Source: Octopus bimaculoides (taxonomy: Eukaryota). Taken from it: a stretch of DNA of 64,000 nucleotides. A program made the position numbers and the translations under genes. Below are positions 25,820 to 40,150 of this stretch, piece after piece. Every line of letters starts with the position of its first letter. Positions within the stretch are counted from its first letter, which is position 1. A model generated the notes under the pieces. It was not told the origin of the DNA, did not search any database, and worked only from the letters and a program-made list of their open reading frames with translations. The stretch spans positions 82,591,395-82,655,394 of the forward strand of contig NC_068981.1 of NCBI RefSeq assembly GCF_001194135.2, written 5' to 3'.

Positions 25820-26333
25820 ACGCGGATGTGTCTTTGTGTTCGTGCTTGTAAAAACTTTACATTTCCNNNNNNNNNNNNNNNNNNNNNNNNNNNNNNNNNN
25901 NNNNNNNNNNNNNNNNNNNNNNNNNNNNNNNNNNNNNNNNNNNNNNNNNNNNNNNNNNNNNNNNNNNNNNNNNNNNNNNNNNNNNNNNNNNNNNNNNNNN
26001 NNNNNNNNNNNNNNNNNNNNNNNNNNNNNNNNNNNNNNNNNNNNNNNNNNNNNNNNNNNNNNNNNNNNNNNNNNNNNNNNNNNNNNNNNNNNNNNNNNNN
26101 NNNNNNNNNNNNNNNNNNNNNNNNNNNNNNNNNNNNNNNNNNNNNNNNNNNNNNNNNNNNNNNNNNNNNNNNNNNNNNNNNNNNNNNNNNNNNNNNNNNN
26201 NNNNNNNNNNNNNNNNNNNNNNNNNNNNNNNNNNNNNNNNNNNNNNNNNNNNNNNNNNNNNNNNNNNNNNNNNNNNNNNNNNNNNNNNNNNNNNNNNNNN
26301 NNNNNNNNNNNNNNNNNNNNNNNNNNNNNNNNN

Positions 26334-26402
<69 letters not shown>

Positions 26403-26574
26403 CACGTTTTTGAGTGCGAGTCTATATATTAAAACTTTCCATCACATCCTCAGTTGGCGCAAGCGTAGTTGTTTGTCATATCCGTCCAGTAAAATTTGAT
26501 TATTCCCATTTTAGTTGATGCTGGTAAGATGTTAACTACTCAAATTAAACCTTTAATCTGAACTCGATATAGTA

Positions 26575-26960
26575 AAATCTTATTTTCCTTTTTGGGGTTC
26601 ATGGTGTCTCTCTAGTGCAGTTTCAACCAGCTTGCGTGGTATCGAGCTGTAGGCGTCAGTTAGATCCATCCACATCTCAGCCAAGTACCCGCTTCCTTTC
26701 CGCGTGTCTCTGATGGTCTGGGTAACCACATCTATGTGTTGAGGGCCACCAGAGGATCCTGATATGCTTTCCTTCTGTATTGACGTGCCAGTATAATTAT
26801 TGTTCACCTGAAAATCTGAGAGTCTCTTCGACACAATGCTGAGAATTTTCTTACTACGTTAAAGGAAACTGAAGGCTTGGTAGATTGAGCGACTACGCAA
26901 ATACGCCATGCCCTGAAAGAACAGAAACAGATAGCATCCAGTCGGGCTCTCTCACAGTTA
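26575..26960 (-). mobile_element. Hero/NeSL-type non-LTR retrotransposon RT fragment
   Basis: ORF 26580-26834 'NNYTGTSIQKESISGSSGGPQHIDVVTQTIRDTRKGSGYLAEMWMDLTDAYSSIPRKLVETALERHHEP' parallels the Hero RT 'YIDTSVQKGG.PG..GC.EH...Q.I...L...WLDL.NAYGS.PHKL'. Confidence 0.8.
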
Positions 26961-27889
26961 CGCATATTTGCCAACTCATCTGATGAAAATCAGAAACCAC
27001 ATACTCCCTAAAAGAATGTAGAGTGACTTTGTTGTCACTACAGCCCATTGGCCAGATTTTGCATCTTAGCTAGAACAAAATGATTTTCATATTTTGCGAT
27101 AAGGTCTCTTTTCATCGCCAGTACTTCTGATGCGATATTGATTTGCCTCTATAATCTAGATATGTTGATTCCAGTGTCATAATTCGTGCCAGTCCTTTAC
27201 TAAAACTAAACGATTCCAACCCCTTCTTGTTGATAGTCCGTAAAACAAACTCTCTTATTTGTTCAATATAATTTTTATGCGCCGAAAATGGCGTGTGCAG
27301 CTACCAATGGCGAACTTCCTGTCTAGAAGCCCTATCAAAATTGATCACAAATCACAAAAATATCACCATGCAATCATGCACCTGGACTTAATGACTTTAT
27401 GAAGCAATTCTTTTCTTATCATACCAAGAATGGATGACCAACTTCAATTTGACAAAGTACATAAAGGAAAATTCTAAAATAGATTCAATACTTGGTACTG
27501 AGTTGAAAATCTTTGAGAAATTATATGAAACATTACTAATCCTGTCCTGCTTATCTGCTACCCCTACATAATCACAATGTATATCTAAGAAAAATTCCAG
27601 GTCTACATTTATGAGCCATATTTAGTTAAGTATGTTTCTGTAAGCCAGAGAATCTCTCTTCGTTAATTCTGCATCGTGAGCTAACGGCTTCTAGCGATAA
27701 AAACTAACTACCAATTAGTCTAAGTTTACTAATCAACCCTTCGTCCTTTCTCAAATGCAGTAGTAAATATTGTGCTGAGTCAAAAGTTTTGCAATATTCT
27801 AGTAACTTATTTGCTTTATTCATCAAGTTCCAAGAGCAACCTACCATTCAAAGGAGAGGCCATTGTGTCGCACTCTCTAAAGCCTTCAC

Positions 27890-28110
27890 TGAAATCTCTA
27901 AATAAGAGGAGGTGGAAGCTCCAGTTAAGGAGTTCCGCACTTCAAAGGACATGAACTGGTATCAGCGTGAGATCAAAGACCTAGTAGAAAGTTGGCTTCA
28001 GACGGGGCAAAACGATGGTCTCTAGTTCGAATGTGAGGCTGCTCTTGTAATTAATCGAACAAAACAAATTAGTAACCATAATGTTGCAAAACGTTTCACT
28101 CAACACGATA
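27890..28110 (+). mobile_element. Mariner transposon 3' remnant (transposase C-terminus and decayed TIR)
   Basis: 'EEVEAPVKEFRTSKDMNWYQREIKDLVESWLQTGQNDGL' matches the mariner C-terminal pattern; ends 'cactcaacacgatata'. Confidence 0.7.
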
Positions 28111-28199
28111 TATACTCTACTCTATATACAAAATGTATTAAGGGATTTTTAGGTTCGTTTGTATGCATCAAAAATATAACTATGTTTATGTATATATAG

Positions 28200-28365
28200 T
28201 CAAATCGAATGAACGAACATTAAAGATAACAATAACAAACAATAGGATAACGTGCAGATGGAAAGCATTGGTTTGATGCTCGGTAAACTGAAAGAGGCTT
28301 TGACGTTTCGAGCGTAGTTCTTCGTTGGAAAGGAAAAATGAAAAGGGAAACATCCAAAGAAGGAT
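28200..28365 (-). mobile_element. Penelope-like terminal fragment (same family as 6900-7110)
   Basis: Minus strand 'ctttccaacgaagaactacgctcgaaacgtcaaag'. Confidence 0.55.
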
Positions 28366-28402
28366 AAACACACACACACACACACACACACANNNNNNNN
28401 NN

Positions 28403-28459
<57 letters not shown>

Positions 28460-28575
28460 CTTTTATCATTTACTTGTTTCAGCCATTAGACTGAGGCCAT
28501 AGTTATGAATACATTATATATAGAAATGTACATATATATACGTATTTATAATATGTATGTGTGTATATATGTGTG

Positions 28576-28618
<43 letters not shown>

Positions 28619-30013
28619 AACACACGTATAAACATATATGTGGGGGGGGGCTGTCTTTGTGTATTTATAAAGTGTGTGTCCGTGTATGCCATCATATTTG
28701 TTACACAATGGACATCCCTATTGCCGATAATAACGAAAATTAAACGTATGGGCTTAGGTTGTGATTTAGGTTGTGAACCTAGAAAACTATAAGAGCATAT
28801 GAAACATGATTATTGTAAATTTCTCTCTTTAGTTAACGTGTATTTCTCTTTTCCTCTATAAATGCGTATATCTTTGGAGCAAAGATCATTCATGTGCGAG
28901 AATATATACGTATTCATTGTATGTGTTTATGTGTAATATATCAGATTATCGTTAGATAAGATATGCCAGAGTTAATAAGTATTTTTTAAAAGGAAAAAAA
29001 AAAATCTATTAAATAACGCCAATGCAAATGATTTGCTCGTTTGCCGACCATTTCATATGCGTGTGAGTTTTCTTAAGGGACAGAATAATAGATGAATAAA
29101 AAGACGTCGTGCCTGATCACATTCGCGATACTTCAGATAAGACGGTTACGTTCTTTCAATAACAGCCGCAAGATGGCGTGCATCGTTGCATGACCTGAGT
29201 TAGTGATCCAGCGAAACCTGCCATTTAGATGGAATCAAAAGGATAAAAGAAACCAATGAATAGTAATGGAGAGGTAAGGGACATCTATAAGCACATGTAA
29301 ATGATGACTGTAATACCATGAAATCAATTGGTTGAGTATACGCAGTCGTGTTGCTTCTCAATTTACACATACTCAAATACACGCACAGACACATACACAC
29401 ACAGACACAGACACAAACGCACACATATATATGCGTGTGTGTATATATATGCATATATATACATGTATGTATATGTATGTATATATATATGTATATATAT
29501 GTCTATATGTATATATATATANNNNNNNNNNNNNNNNNNNNNNNNNNNNNNNNNNNNNNNNNNNNNNNNNNNNNNNNNNNNNNNNNNNNNNNNNNNNNNN
29601 NNNNNNNNNNNNNNNNNNNNNNNNNNNNNNNNNNNNNNNNNNNNNNNNNNNNNNNNNNNNNNNNNNNNNNNNNNNNNNNNNNNNNNNNNNNNNNNNNNNN
29701 NNNNNNNNNNNNNNNNNNNNNNNNNNNNNNNNNNNNNNNNNNNNNNNNNNNNNNNNNNNNNNNNNNNNNNNNNNNNNNNNNNNNNNNNNNNNNNNNNNNN
29801 NNNNNNNNNNNNNNNNNNNNNNNNNNNNNNNNNNNNNNNNNNNNNNNNNNNNNNNNNNNNNNNNNNNNNNNNNNNNNNNNNNNNNNNNNNNNNNNNNNNN
29901 NNNNNNNNNNNNNNNNNNNNNNNNNNNNNNNNNNNNNNNNNNNNNNNNNNNNNNNNNNNNNNNNNNNNNNNNNNNNNNNNNNNNNNNNNNNNNNNNNNNN
30001 NNNNNNNNNNNNN

Positions 30014-30048
<35 letters not shown>

Positions 30049-31332
30049 TACATGCATACATATACATGTGTGTGTGTATTACAACATGACAGCTACATGA
30101 AATGTTCAGGAATTGATAGCTACCGGAGTAGTTATCGATTTTATCATGTTTCTGCATGCGAGCGTGCGTTTGTCCATTTGTGAATTTGCGTGTATGTGTG
30201 CGTTACTGTGTGTGAGAGAGCGTTTTCTCTATGTCCTTACGTTTGTAATCCTGTATATAGATGCATGTATCTACATAAACATCGATTTTCGTACACACAC
30301 ACTTACACACACACAAACATATGTATGTATGCGTATGTGTGTGTGTGTGTGTGTGTGTATGCACGCACACACGTATACATAAATTCATATTTGTTGATCT
30401 ACTGATATGTGGTTACGCCAGCTCGTTCGTATATATGTAATGCCTGCATATTTCCGTTTTCAATGAATAGAGAACGTTCCTTATATTCTATGTTGAAATG
30501 AAATACTAATCTGGCGAAAACCTTGTATTTCTTGTATTCAAAGGATTCAGCGAAAAATCATTATGTAGTCGTAATATCTTAGTTACTTATATCATGAGTT
30601 TATTGCTTTCTGAGAATCCAGTAAGAAACTTTGATGTATATGCTATCATTTTTATATATATATATATTTATGAGATTTTTATTTTTATTTTCTCTCGGAA
30701 AATGACGTTTATAATGGAACTTGGTATTGGTGTTCAATAAAACTATTTATTTGATAATGCTGAATCTTGGTGCATTATCACAGATTTCATTGTTACGTGT
30801 TGGATTTTTACCGCTTTCTTCCGAATTTAAATGTTATTTTCTCTGAGATATTCTATTGAATACAGAACGTTGTCAATTGTAGAAATTGTTCGTTTGCTAA
30901 AATAACTGTTATCCAACATTTGAAATCTAGGCATGCTTCAAAGTATATAGCAATGTTTTACAGCAGTCATTTGACTAAAGAATTGCTGTAAACGTTCATG
31001 ATAAATGTTGCTGTGATTCATGTAGCTGTTTTATGAATACATTTCTGATACAGTTTTTGATCTCTTCTTTTGTAAAGTATAATGCATTTTCGATTGATCT
31101 GTAGCAATTCCATCATTTCTTTTGTGTTCGACTGCATGAATTTGTTAAAAGTTTGTTTCATTTGTTCATTATTGCACATTCATACAATTCTCATAATAGA
31201 GTATGCCATGTGAGTTTCCTAATTTGTGAAGTTTTCTCTCCAAATATTTGATAGTTCTTCCTTTAAAAGGTCTCTATTTCCTTTTGTCCTACGCATACTT
31301 TTTCTTTCATGTGTGCATGAATATATGCATAT

Positions 31333-31413
<81 letters not shown>

Positions 31414-31791
31414 CTTGTGACTTTTGAGCCTATTGTTGTTGGTGGTCGTCGTGGTGATGATACTAATGATGATGCTGATGATAATGATGAATGACAACGA
31501 AAATTGTTTGTTTTAAGATGTTGATGTTTTTGTTTTCATTGTTTTGCCCAAGTCGACTGTGACTGAGGAAGGCTAGATTATAATGTTAGTCCAGCGAGTG
31601 AGCCGACATGAGTGACGGGTCTATTTCTCTGGCTACTCCAGCCATCCGCCATGCTTTGGAAATATATATATATCGTGATTTAAAGAATAGAATGCGCAGC
31701 GACAGTTCACTTGTTATTACTTATTCCCAACAAACTAGTCTGTTTTCAAATGAAAGCTGTTTGCCTACAGCCATGATTAAGAAACAAAGGC

Positions 31792-32082
31792 CTTGCTTCA
31801 GTCACTTGACTTCGGCCATGCTAGAGCACCATCTTAAAGGGTCTTAGTCGAAATAATCTACCCCCATCACTTTGTAAGCCTAGAATTTATTCTATCGTAT
31901 CTTATGTCGAACCGGTAAGTTACGGGACGTAACCATATATATATATATATATATATACCACAGGCTTCTTTCAGTTTCTGTCTATCAAAGTATCAGATCC
32001 ACTCACAAGGCTTTGGGCGGCCCGAGGCTATAAAAAAAGACGCTTGTCAAAGGTAACACGCAGTGGGACTGAATCTAGAACT
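31792..32082 (-). mobile_element. tRNA-derived SINE family A
   Basis: Colinear with 9268-9700, internal (TA)n, 'gcagtgggactgaa'. Confidence 0.85.
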
Positions 32083-32159
32083 TTGAGGTGCCAGCTTCAT
32101 TCCACACACCCACGCCTGCGCCTACACACACACATATATATGTATATCCGTCTACGAAA

Positions 32160-32267
32160 TCTACTGACAAGGTCCGAGACTACAGAAGAAGACACTAGCC
32201 CAAGGTGCCATGCAGCGGGAGCGAACCCGGAACAATGAGGTTGGTATGCAAGCTACTTACCACACAA
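32160..32267 (-). mobile_element. SINE family A 5' head fragment
   Basis: 'gaagacactagcccaaggtgccatgcagcgggagcgaacccggaac...agctacttaccacac'; abuts an N-gap. Confidence 0.8.
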
Positions 32268-32761
32268 NNNNNNNNNNNNNNNNNNNNNNNNNNNNNNNNN
32301 NNNNNNNNNNNNNNNNNNNNNNNNNNNNNNNNNNNNNNNNNNNNNNNNNNNNNNNNNNNNNNNNNNNNNNNNNNNNNNNNNNNNNNNNNNNNNNNNNNNN
32401 NNNNNNNNNNNNNNNNNNNNNNNNNNNNNNNNNNNNNNNNNNNNNNNNNNNNNNNNNNNNNNNNNNNNNNNNNNNNNNNNNNNNNNNNNNNNNNNNNNNN
32501 NNNNNNNNNNNNNNNNNNNNNNNNNNNNNNNNNNNNNNNNNNNNNNNNNNNNNNNNNNNNNNNNNNNNNNNNNNNNNNNNNNNNNNNNNNNNNNNNNNNN
32601 NNNNNNNNNNNNNNNNNNNNNNNNNNNNNNNNNNNNNNNNNNNNNNNNNNNNNNNNNNNNNNNNNNNNNTATATATATATATATATATTATGATCGTATT
32701 ACCCAGTGTGTTTTAAGACTAATGTGTGATTTGAAGTTTTTTTTTTCTATTTCTAGAAGAT

Positions 32762-32890
32762 ATATCGACACTTAAAGGGATGGAAGGGAAAGTCGACCTC
32801 GACGGAGTTTGAACTCGCAACGTAAAGACGGACAAAATGCCACTAAGTATTTTTCCCGGTCTGCATATGATCCTGCCAGGCTGCCGCCTT
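32762..32890 (-). mobile_element. tRNA-derived SINE family B, 5' half
   Basis: Reverse complement begins 'aaggcggcagcctggcaggatc' and contains 'gagttcaaactccgtcgaggtcgactttcc'. Confidence 0.75.
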
Positions 32891-33859
32891 TGAAACAGTT
32901 AATATTATCACAGAAATGACATAAGTTTATTTCAAATTATCATATCGATTTCTTCATCTAAGCTTCTTCTATATTTTCTTTTCTATTTCTTCATTGGCAA
33001 CTAAACAATATTTTCTGTCAACGTAATATTACCTTCATTCAATAAATCTCTCTTTTTCTCTTAAACACACACACTCAGACACACACACACACACTCTTTC
33101 TCTCTCTCTCTCTTTTCCAGTCACTACCATTCATCATTGTCTATTCTCTCTTTTCCTTTTGTTCTTCCCCTCAATTCTTTTTACTTCCTTTCTTTATTTA
33201 TCCTCCTGCTCTTCATTCATGTTGTATAACCACCCAACACATTAGGGTGACTTGTTTGTTGTCTTAATGCTTTGCATATTTCTCCTTCTATCTACAATTT
33301 CCATCTTAGCTGCATATTATATACACTTACCAATTCTCTTATCACATATTGTATTTTCCTCATGTTCGTCTTTTGTTACACCTTTTCGAAACATTCTCTC
33401 AAAACCAGAAACCTCAAGACGCCATTTTCCTGATTTTCTCCGCTTTGCCATAGTTTTTCTCTCATTATTATTTGTTTCTTTAGTTTTACGTTTTCCCTTC
33501 ATCTCATGTATTTCATCTCGTTTGACATATATCATTTCAGTGTCCCACACGCTTCTTCTCGAACCATCATCTCTCTCCCCTCCTTCTCTTCTTCCATCTG
33601 CTCCACCTCCTGTTTCTTTCTTTCGTTTTTTTTTCTTTCTTTTTTTTTCAATTCCAGTCCATTCCCTTTGCTTCACTGACTCGATATCTTCCTCAATTCC
33701 CCAAACTGAAAAATTCTGTCGAAAATTTCCTTCTGCTTTTCTACATTCACTTTCTCTACTTTCTTCTATGCATATTTCAAGAAACACAGCGTGAACTACA
33801 CCACCACTGTCATAACCTACTTCACAACAACCACCACAACAACTACTGTTATTACTACT

Positions 33860-33870
33860 GTTTCTGCTGT

Positions 33871-33932
<62 letters not shown>
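33860..33932. repeat. (TAC)n microsatellite
   Basis: Read directly. Confidence 0.95.
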
Positions 33933-33935
<3 letters not shown>

Positions 33936-34241
33936 ATGTCACTAACTTCTCATTTTCTCTCCTCTTATTCAATATCGTTTATCGCTATTTTGCTTACAAT
34001 TCCTCTTTCTCCAGTAATTATACATTATTTCGATTCCCCTTGTGTCGCATTTTGTGTTTTATAGTGCAACTCTACTACTTCGTTTTGCACACTGCATCCA
34101 TAGAAACTGAAATCTTTTTTGGGGGGAAATAATCTGCTTTCTTCATATGTGTGCGTAGAAAATCAAATATTCCAATTTCAAACGTCCAAAACTAAAAGAG
34201 AAAAAACAGAAAAACTTTCCACTTTACTCTCTCTCTCTCTC

Positions 34242-34274
<33 letters not shown>

Positions 34275-34728
34275 ATCCCCCTCTCTCGCTTTCTCAGTCT
34301 CTCTCATTTTTTTTTTCATTTTAGTAACTGACCGGCCTCTATTTGAAAACGATGAAATGGAACTGTCTTTGTGAACGGAATTAGTGACACGAAGTTGATT
34401 CCTTTCTTAGACTGTAACTATCTCCATAGTTGCATTAAGAGAAGACAATACATCTGACTGTAGTGATATTGCGAAAGATGAAATAACGTTTACCAATTTA
34501 TACTACAATGTGTTTTCTATTGAACTGTTGCTATACTAACAACCCATCTTGAAAGGTAAAGTCGATCAAATTGGGTTACTACTGTACTACTATTTTAGCT
34601 TGTTAGTTATTCTCTATCGGTAACTTTGCTAAATCGCTTAGCTATGGGCACACAATCAAACAAACACCGGTTGCCGAGCAATAGAGAACGAACACTGACA
34701 CACACGCACGCACACACACACACACGCA

Positions 34729-34759
<31 letters not shown>

Positions 34760-35522
34760 GCACACACACATACACACACACATATATATATATTTAAATA
34801 TTTAAATATATACTGTACCTTATGAGTAATTCATAGTCTTTAGACTAAACTTTTATACGCTAGGCCNNNNNNNNNNNNNNNNNNNNNNNNNNNNNNNNNN
34901 NNNNNNNNNNNNNNNNNNNNNNNNNNNNNNNNNNNNNNNNNNNNNNNNNNNNNNNNNNNNNNNNNNNNNNNNNNNNNNNNNNNNNNNNNNNNNNNNNNNN
35001 NNNNNNNNNNNNNNNNNNNNNNNNNNNNNNNNNNNNNNNNNNNNNNNNNNNNNNNNNNNNNNNNNNNNNNNNNNNNNNNNNNNNNNNNNNNNNNNNNNNN
35101 NNNNNNNNNNNNNNNNNNNNNNNNNNNNNNNNNNNNNNNNNNNNNNNNNNNNNNNNNNNNNNNNNNNNNNNNNNNNNNNNNNNNNNNNNNNNNNNNNNNN
35201 NNNCTGGTATTTAATTTATCGATCCCGAAATGATGAAAGGTAAAGTCGATCTCGGCGGAATTATATCTGTAAATACTAGTAATATCTTATAAGCCTTTAG
35301 CTTATAAGCAATCACCGTGTAATGACTGAATAGTCTAATATTGGAGTATAAAAAACTACTGCGCGCGCGCACACACACACACACATACAAAAGGTGCGAT
35401 AGGTAAATTATCGCCATTTTATATTTTTTTTTAATTTCTCACATGCGCATTGTTTGTTTTTGGATCTTGTCGACTACACATTATAGTAGGGTCAGTTGGA
35501 CACCATCTGTGAGAAAAACAGC

Positions 35523-35850
35523 ACCATGATGCGATTCATTCAGACAGAAATTTGGAAATGATATATTATACTGCATGGCATGAGAGCCGGAAGCTCCAAT
35601 ACGAAATTTCAGAGTGTTTGGATGTGAATCTGAGGACAGTGCAGAGGATTCAGAAAGAGTTGAATGAGTCTAATGATGATTACGAAAGTATAGCAGCCCG
35701 AAAAACTCACTCCGATTGTTCTGATAAGAAAAGAACTCTTGAATGTGTTGGTGAGATCCAGGCCATGGTTGACAACGATACCTCCAAGTCAATCAGGCTG
35801 GTAATGCATGAAGACGTTCGGTATTCTTTATAGAAGATGAGAAAGAGTCC
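35523..35850 (+). mobile_element. Tc1/mariner-superfamily transposase N-terminal (HTH) remnant
   Basis: 'EISECLDVNLRTVQRIQKELNESNDDYESIAARKTHSDCSDKKRTLECVGEIQAMVDNDTSKSIR' is a paired-like HTH followed by the second-HTH lead-in; internal deletion and stop. Confidence 0.8.
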
Positions 35851-36345
35851 CAATCGTGCTATAGATTCTAGCAGCTCGCCGCCTTTACCTGTAATTAATA
35901 TTGCCCAATCTTTTAAATGTTAGCGTCAAACCGATTCTCTCTGAAGATTTCGATAAAGATCCAAGTGTTAGCGTAACACAGAAACCACTTACAATATAAT
36001 AAGAGGAGAAAGATTTTCGAATAACAACTAATATTTTCATCATCCTCTCAGGTACTACACTATTCTACTGAGCGTGTAGTACCCTATAGTTTCAAGAATC
36101 AGAGGAAAGAATTGTGCGTAAAAATAGTCGCATAGTTAGACAGCAATATTTATTAACAAGCAATTAATTCAGTGACGGGAAGAAGCAGAAAATGAGAAAT
36201 TTGAACACTTCAGAGAGATGCGCCTCGATAAACACCATAGTCCATTTATTATTCAATTCAGTTTTTAATGATATATGCGCACAGACTGATACACAAACGT
36301 GCGCTCATACACGCTCATATTTACATATATATATCTATATCTATA

Positions 36346-36383
<38 letters not shown>

Positions 36384-37133
36384 NNNNNNNNNNNNNNNNN
36401 NNNNNNNNNNNNNNNNNNNNNNNNNNNNNNNNNNNNNNNNNNNNNNNNNNNNNNNNNNNNNNNNNNNNNNNNNNNNNNNNNNNNNNNNNNNNNNNNNNNN
36501 NNNNNNNNNNNNNNNNNNNNNNNNNNNNNNNNNNNNNNNNNNNNNNNNNNNNNNNNNNNNNNNNNNNNNNNNNNNNNNNNNNNNNNNNNNNNNNNNNNNN
36601 NNNNNNNNNNNNNNNNNNNNNNNNNNNNNNNNNNNNNNNNNNNNNNNNNNNNNNNNNNNNNNNNNNNNNNNNNNNNNNNNNNNNNNNNNNNNNNNNNNNN
36701 NNNNNNNNNNNNNNNNNNNNNNNNNNNNNNNNNNNNNNNNNNNNNNNNNNNNNNNNNNNNNNNNNNNNNNNNNNNNNNNNNNNNNNNNNNNNNNNNNNNN
36801 NNNNNNNNNNNNNNNNNNNNNNNNNNNNNNNNNNNNNNNNNNNNNNNNNNNNNNNNNNNNNNNNNNNNNNNNNNNNNNNNNNNNNNNNNNNNNNNNNNNN
36901 NNNNNNNNNNNNNNNNNNNNNNNNNNNNNNNNNNNNNNNNNNNNNNNNNNNNNNNNNNNNNNNNNNCATATATATAATATATATATATATATATGTATAT
37001 ATATAATATATATATGTGTATATGTATATATATAATATATATATGTGTATATATATGTATATGATATATATATGTATATGATTATAATATATATGTAAAC
37101 GATATATATGTGTGCGCGCGCGTGTGTGTATGA

Positions 37134-37182
<49 letters not shown>

Positions 37183-37200
37183 NNNNNNNNNNTCTATCTA

Positions 37201-37235
<35 letters not shown>

Positions 37236-37394
37236 CTTTGCACATTGCCCTCAATAACATCTATTTCGAGTGGAATTGTTAAACTCTTTAGCATTACAAA
37301 GAGAGTACAGTATGCGAATTAGAATTCTCTCAACTGTTTCGTTTATAATTTACGTGTTGTCCCCAAAATTGCTTTTCTATATTTTCATTGCAAA

Positions 37395-37610
37395 GAGGGT
37401 GCTGAAGAGTTCCTGTCTTTAAAGTATCGCTAAAGGCCTAGCTGGAGGCCCAAACTTCCAAGTTCTTTTACAGGGCTTCAAAAAACTGAAGGACCACTGC
37501 AATAAATGTATGAATCTGAGAGGGGAATATGTTGAATAAAATCATGATGAACCGATCCTCCTGTATTTTCTTTTACCGAAAGCCAGGAAGTATTCAGAAC
37601 CGCATCGTAT
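37395..37610 (+). mobile_element. Mariner 3' remnant
   Basis: 'QGFKKLKDHCNKCMNLRGEYVE*' matches the mariner terminus 'GI.KL..RW.KC....GDYVEK*'. Confidence 0.65.
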
Positions 37611-38150
37611 TTTATGTAGAATAGCGTCTTTCTGCATTCCTGACGGCGTATGTGAGAAAGGAATGTATCTTGCTTGGTGTAGAACTAATATTGCAAATAA
37701 ATTCAATTCTAAAGAACCGGCTTTCGGTTTACTCGTCAACATTTACAACTTTCGGCGATATACAACGACAAATGACACACACATAGCTATGTATATACAT
37801 ATGTGACAGCGTTCCGTCCAGTTTCGATCTGTTCAATTCCAGTTACATGATATTATTTAACCTATAGTTATCACTGAACATTGGCCCAATGTTCGGCAAG
37901 GTGGAATTTAGTCTGGCATTACAGAGACATATCCACATATCCTAACTCGACTATCTGTATGAACTCACATCTTGTGTCATTATTTTACTAGAATTTACTG
38001 TTGGGATGTTGCTTATGTTTCAGAGTGTTGAGATCAAGCTTGAAAGAATGCTCATTTACGATGCTACCGAAGAATATGATGTCAGTTTTATGCAGCTGAG
38101 TCAACAGACAATGATCCAGATCTTGTGCTGTAATAGATTCAATAAGTCCT

Positions 38151-38342
38151 TTCATTCTTTTATTGTTTCATTTGTTTCAGTCATTTGCCTGCGGAGCACC
38201 GCCTTTAGCCGAACAAATCAACCCCAGGGCTTATTCTTTGTAAGCCTATCGGTTCTTTTGCCGGGCTGCTATGTTCCGGGGTCGTAAACACACTAACACC
38301 GGTTGTCAAGTGATGGTGGGAGCAAAAACACAGACACACAAA
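38151..38342 (-). mobile_element. SINE family A, 3' half
   Basis: 'ttgtttcagtcatttgcctgcggagcaccgcctttagccgaacaaatcaaccccagg'. Confidence 0.85.
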
Positions 38343-38345
38343 CAT

Positions 38346-38395
<50 letters not shown>

Positions 38396-39850
38396 ATATA
38401 TTTCACCAGTTCTTAAAGTTACTATCACGAGACAATTTTTCCATCTATAAATTTCAAACATTTACCACTTTAATAAATAACTAAACTTACTACTAAATTA
38501 CTGTGTATATAACCTGGCTCTCTTATTTGATGTACTTTGTTTTAACAGCACTAGCAATTATCAAGAAAAGGGAGTCTGAGTGGCTTACTATAACCTAATA
38601 TCCATTGCCTAATGTGAGGAGAACTTTACTATAATTCCAGCGATAACAAAGTAAAATAAATTCTCATCTTGGGAGGCAATTTAACAGGGAGCCTACATTT
38701 CCCTCTATCAGCACTTATTTTTGTTTCAGTGATGAGTATATGAATGAAAATCGAAAGCAAATAGCCTACTAGTTTGTCAATATTATCAATTGGTTGTAAA
38801 ATCTGATGTGAATAACTAAAAAATTACACGTGATGTCTGAAAACTGATGTCAGATTCGGATTCAGCACCCTAAAATTACCCTAAATCATCTGAAAAAGTT
38901 GAAATAGCATGACATCCTCCTTATCGTCGTCTGTCCGTTAATTAAAAGCAAATTTCTGTTAAATCCCACTCTATCAGCTTTAAAAAAAGTTACATTATAT
39001 ATTGTGTCCTCTTAGTTACACTTTATTTCAAATGTCCTCTTAGTTACATTTCATATGAAATAAACAAATAAATAACTGCTTAATACCATTGCTTTTAGGT
39101 TTCCTGTATCATGGTTGAACTCTGACTAAGTCACAATTCCGTAGGTAAATTTATGTAACGTTTATGACTCAATCATCCGCATCTCATATTCTGTCTACCA
39201 AATGTAAAGCTGTAACGCGTTCGCTCAACCTAAAAGATAAGAGAACATGATGACCTCTGCTAGGACATCTCAGAGTATAAATATCTTCCATGACAGCAGA
39301 TTTGTGATAAAGCTATAATGGCAGATCTTTCAATTAGACATCTCGTCCTACATGCGGATGCCCAGCATAAGCGTATTGATCAACACTGCTTTGGTATACC
39401 CTATAATGATGCTGAATTTTGAAGCTGGTATTTTTTTCTTTCAATGTAAAATCACGGCTATTGAGCATTGATGTTGGATATTTACTAACAACCTTCTTTT
39501 GTTAGTTTGACATCTCGAATGAAGGTTTAATATTGCAGTAAACATCTCATGAGAACATGAAACTGCACAGAATGTACAGGATATTTTTCATCGCAACATT
39601 CTTGACAATGCTTCAATTTCTATAGTGCCTTTTAAAAGGTACAATGCAAATTATTTAAAAGGGAACATGTATTTATTGATTCTCCCCTTACATTCTGTAT
39701 TGATATGTGACAAAATTCAGAGTATGCTGCAGACTAACATTTTTGTTCGTAAATTGGTCGTTTTGTATATCATCAAATTCTTTACACAATTTTGATGTGA
39801 ACTTTTGTTTAGATCTCCATCAAAGGTTATTTTCTTGCACACCACTTCTA

Positions 39851-39894
<44 letters not shown>

Positions 39895-40072
39895 GTTTAT
39901 TATTACGGCGACGAACTGGCAGAATTGTTAACATTATTTTGACTGACAGAATCAAACAAACTGAGAGAACCAACTAGTATATCGCTGACATCAAATAGAA
40001 GACAAACTCATCAAAATCAAAACCAGAATGAGAATCACGTCTGGTCATACGAGTGTTCCTCGACTACATGCT

Positions 40073-40073
40073 T

Positions 40074-40129
<56 letters not shown>

Positions 40130-40150
40130 CAACATCATCATCATCATCAT
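40073..40150. repeat. (CAT)n microsatellite
   Basis: Read directly; explains the poly-His ORF. Confidence 0.95.

Noticed and set aside
28754-28779. ttaggttgtga repeated twice
   Set aside because: Only two units; neither telomeric nor an array.
33252-33794. Long overlapping ORFs of 180 aa (+) and 156 aa (-)
   Set aside because: Pyrimidine/purine strand-biased low-complexity DNA that lacks stops by composition; no domain.
37708-37745. TTGACGA-GTAAACC-GAAA-GCCGGTT on the minus strand
   Set aside because: Too degenerate (C3, stem II and stem III all imperfect) to call a hammerhead.
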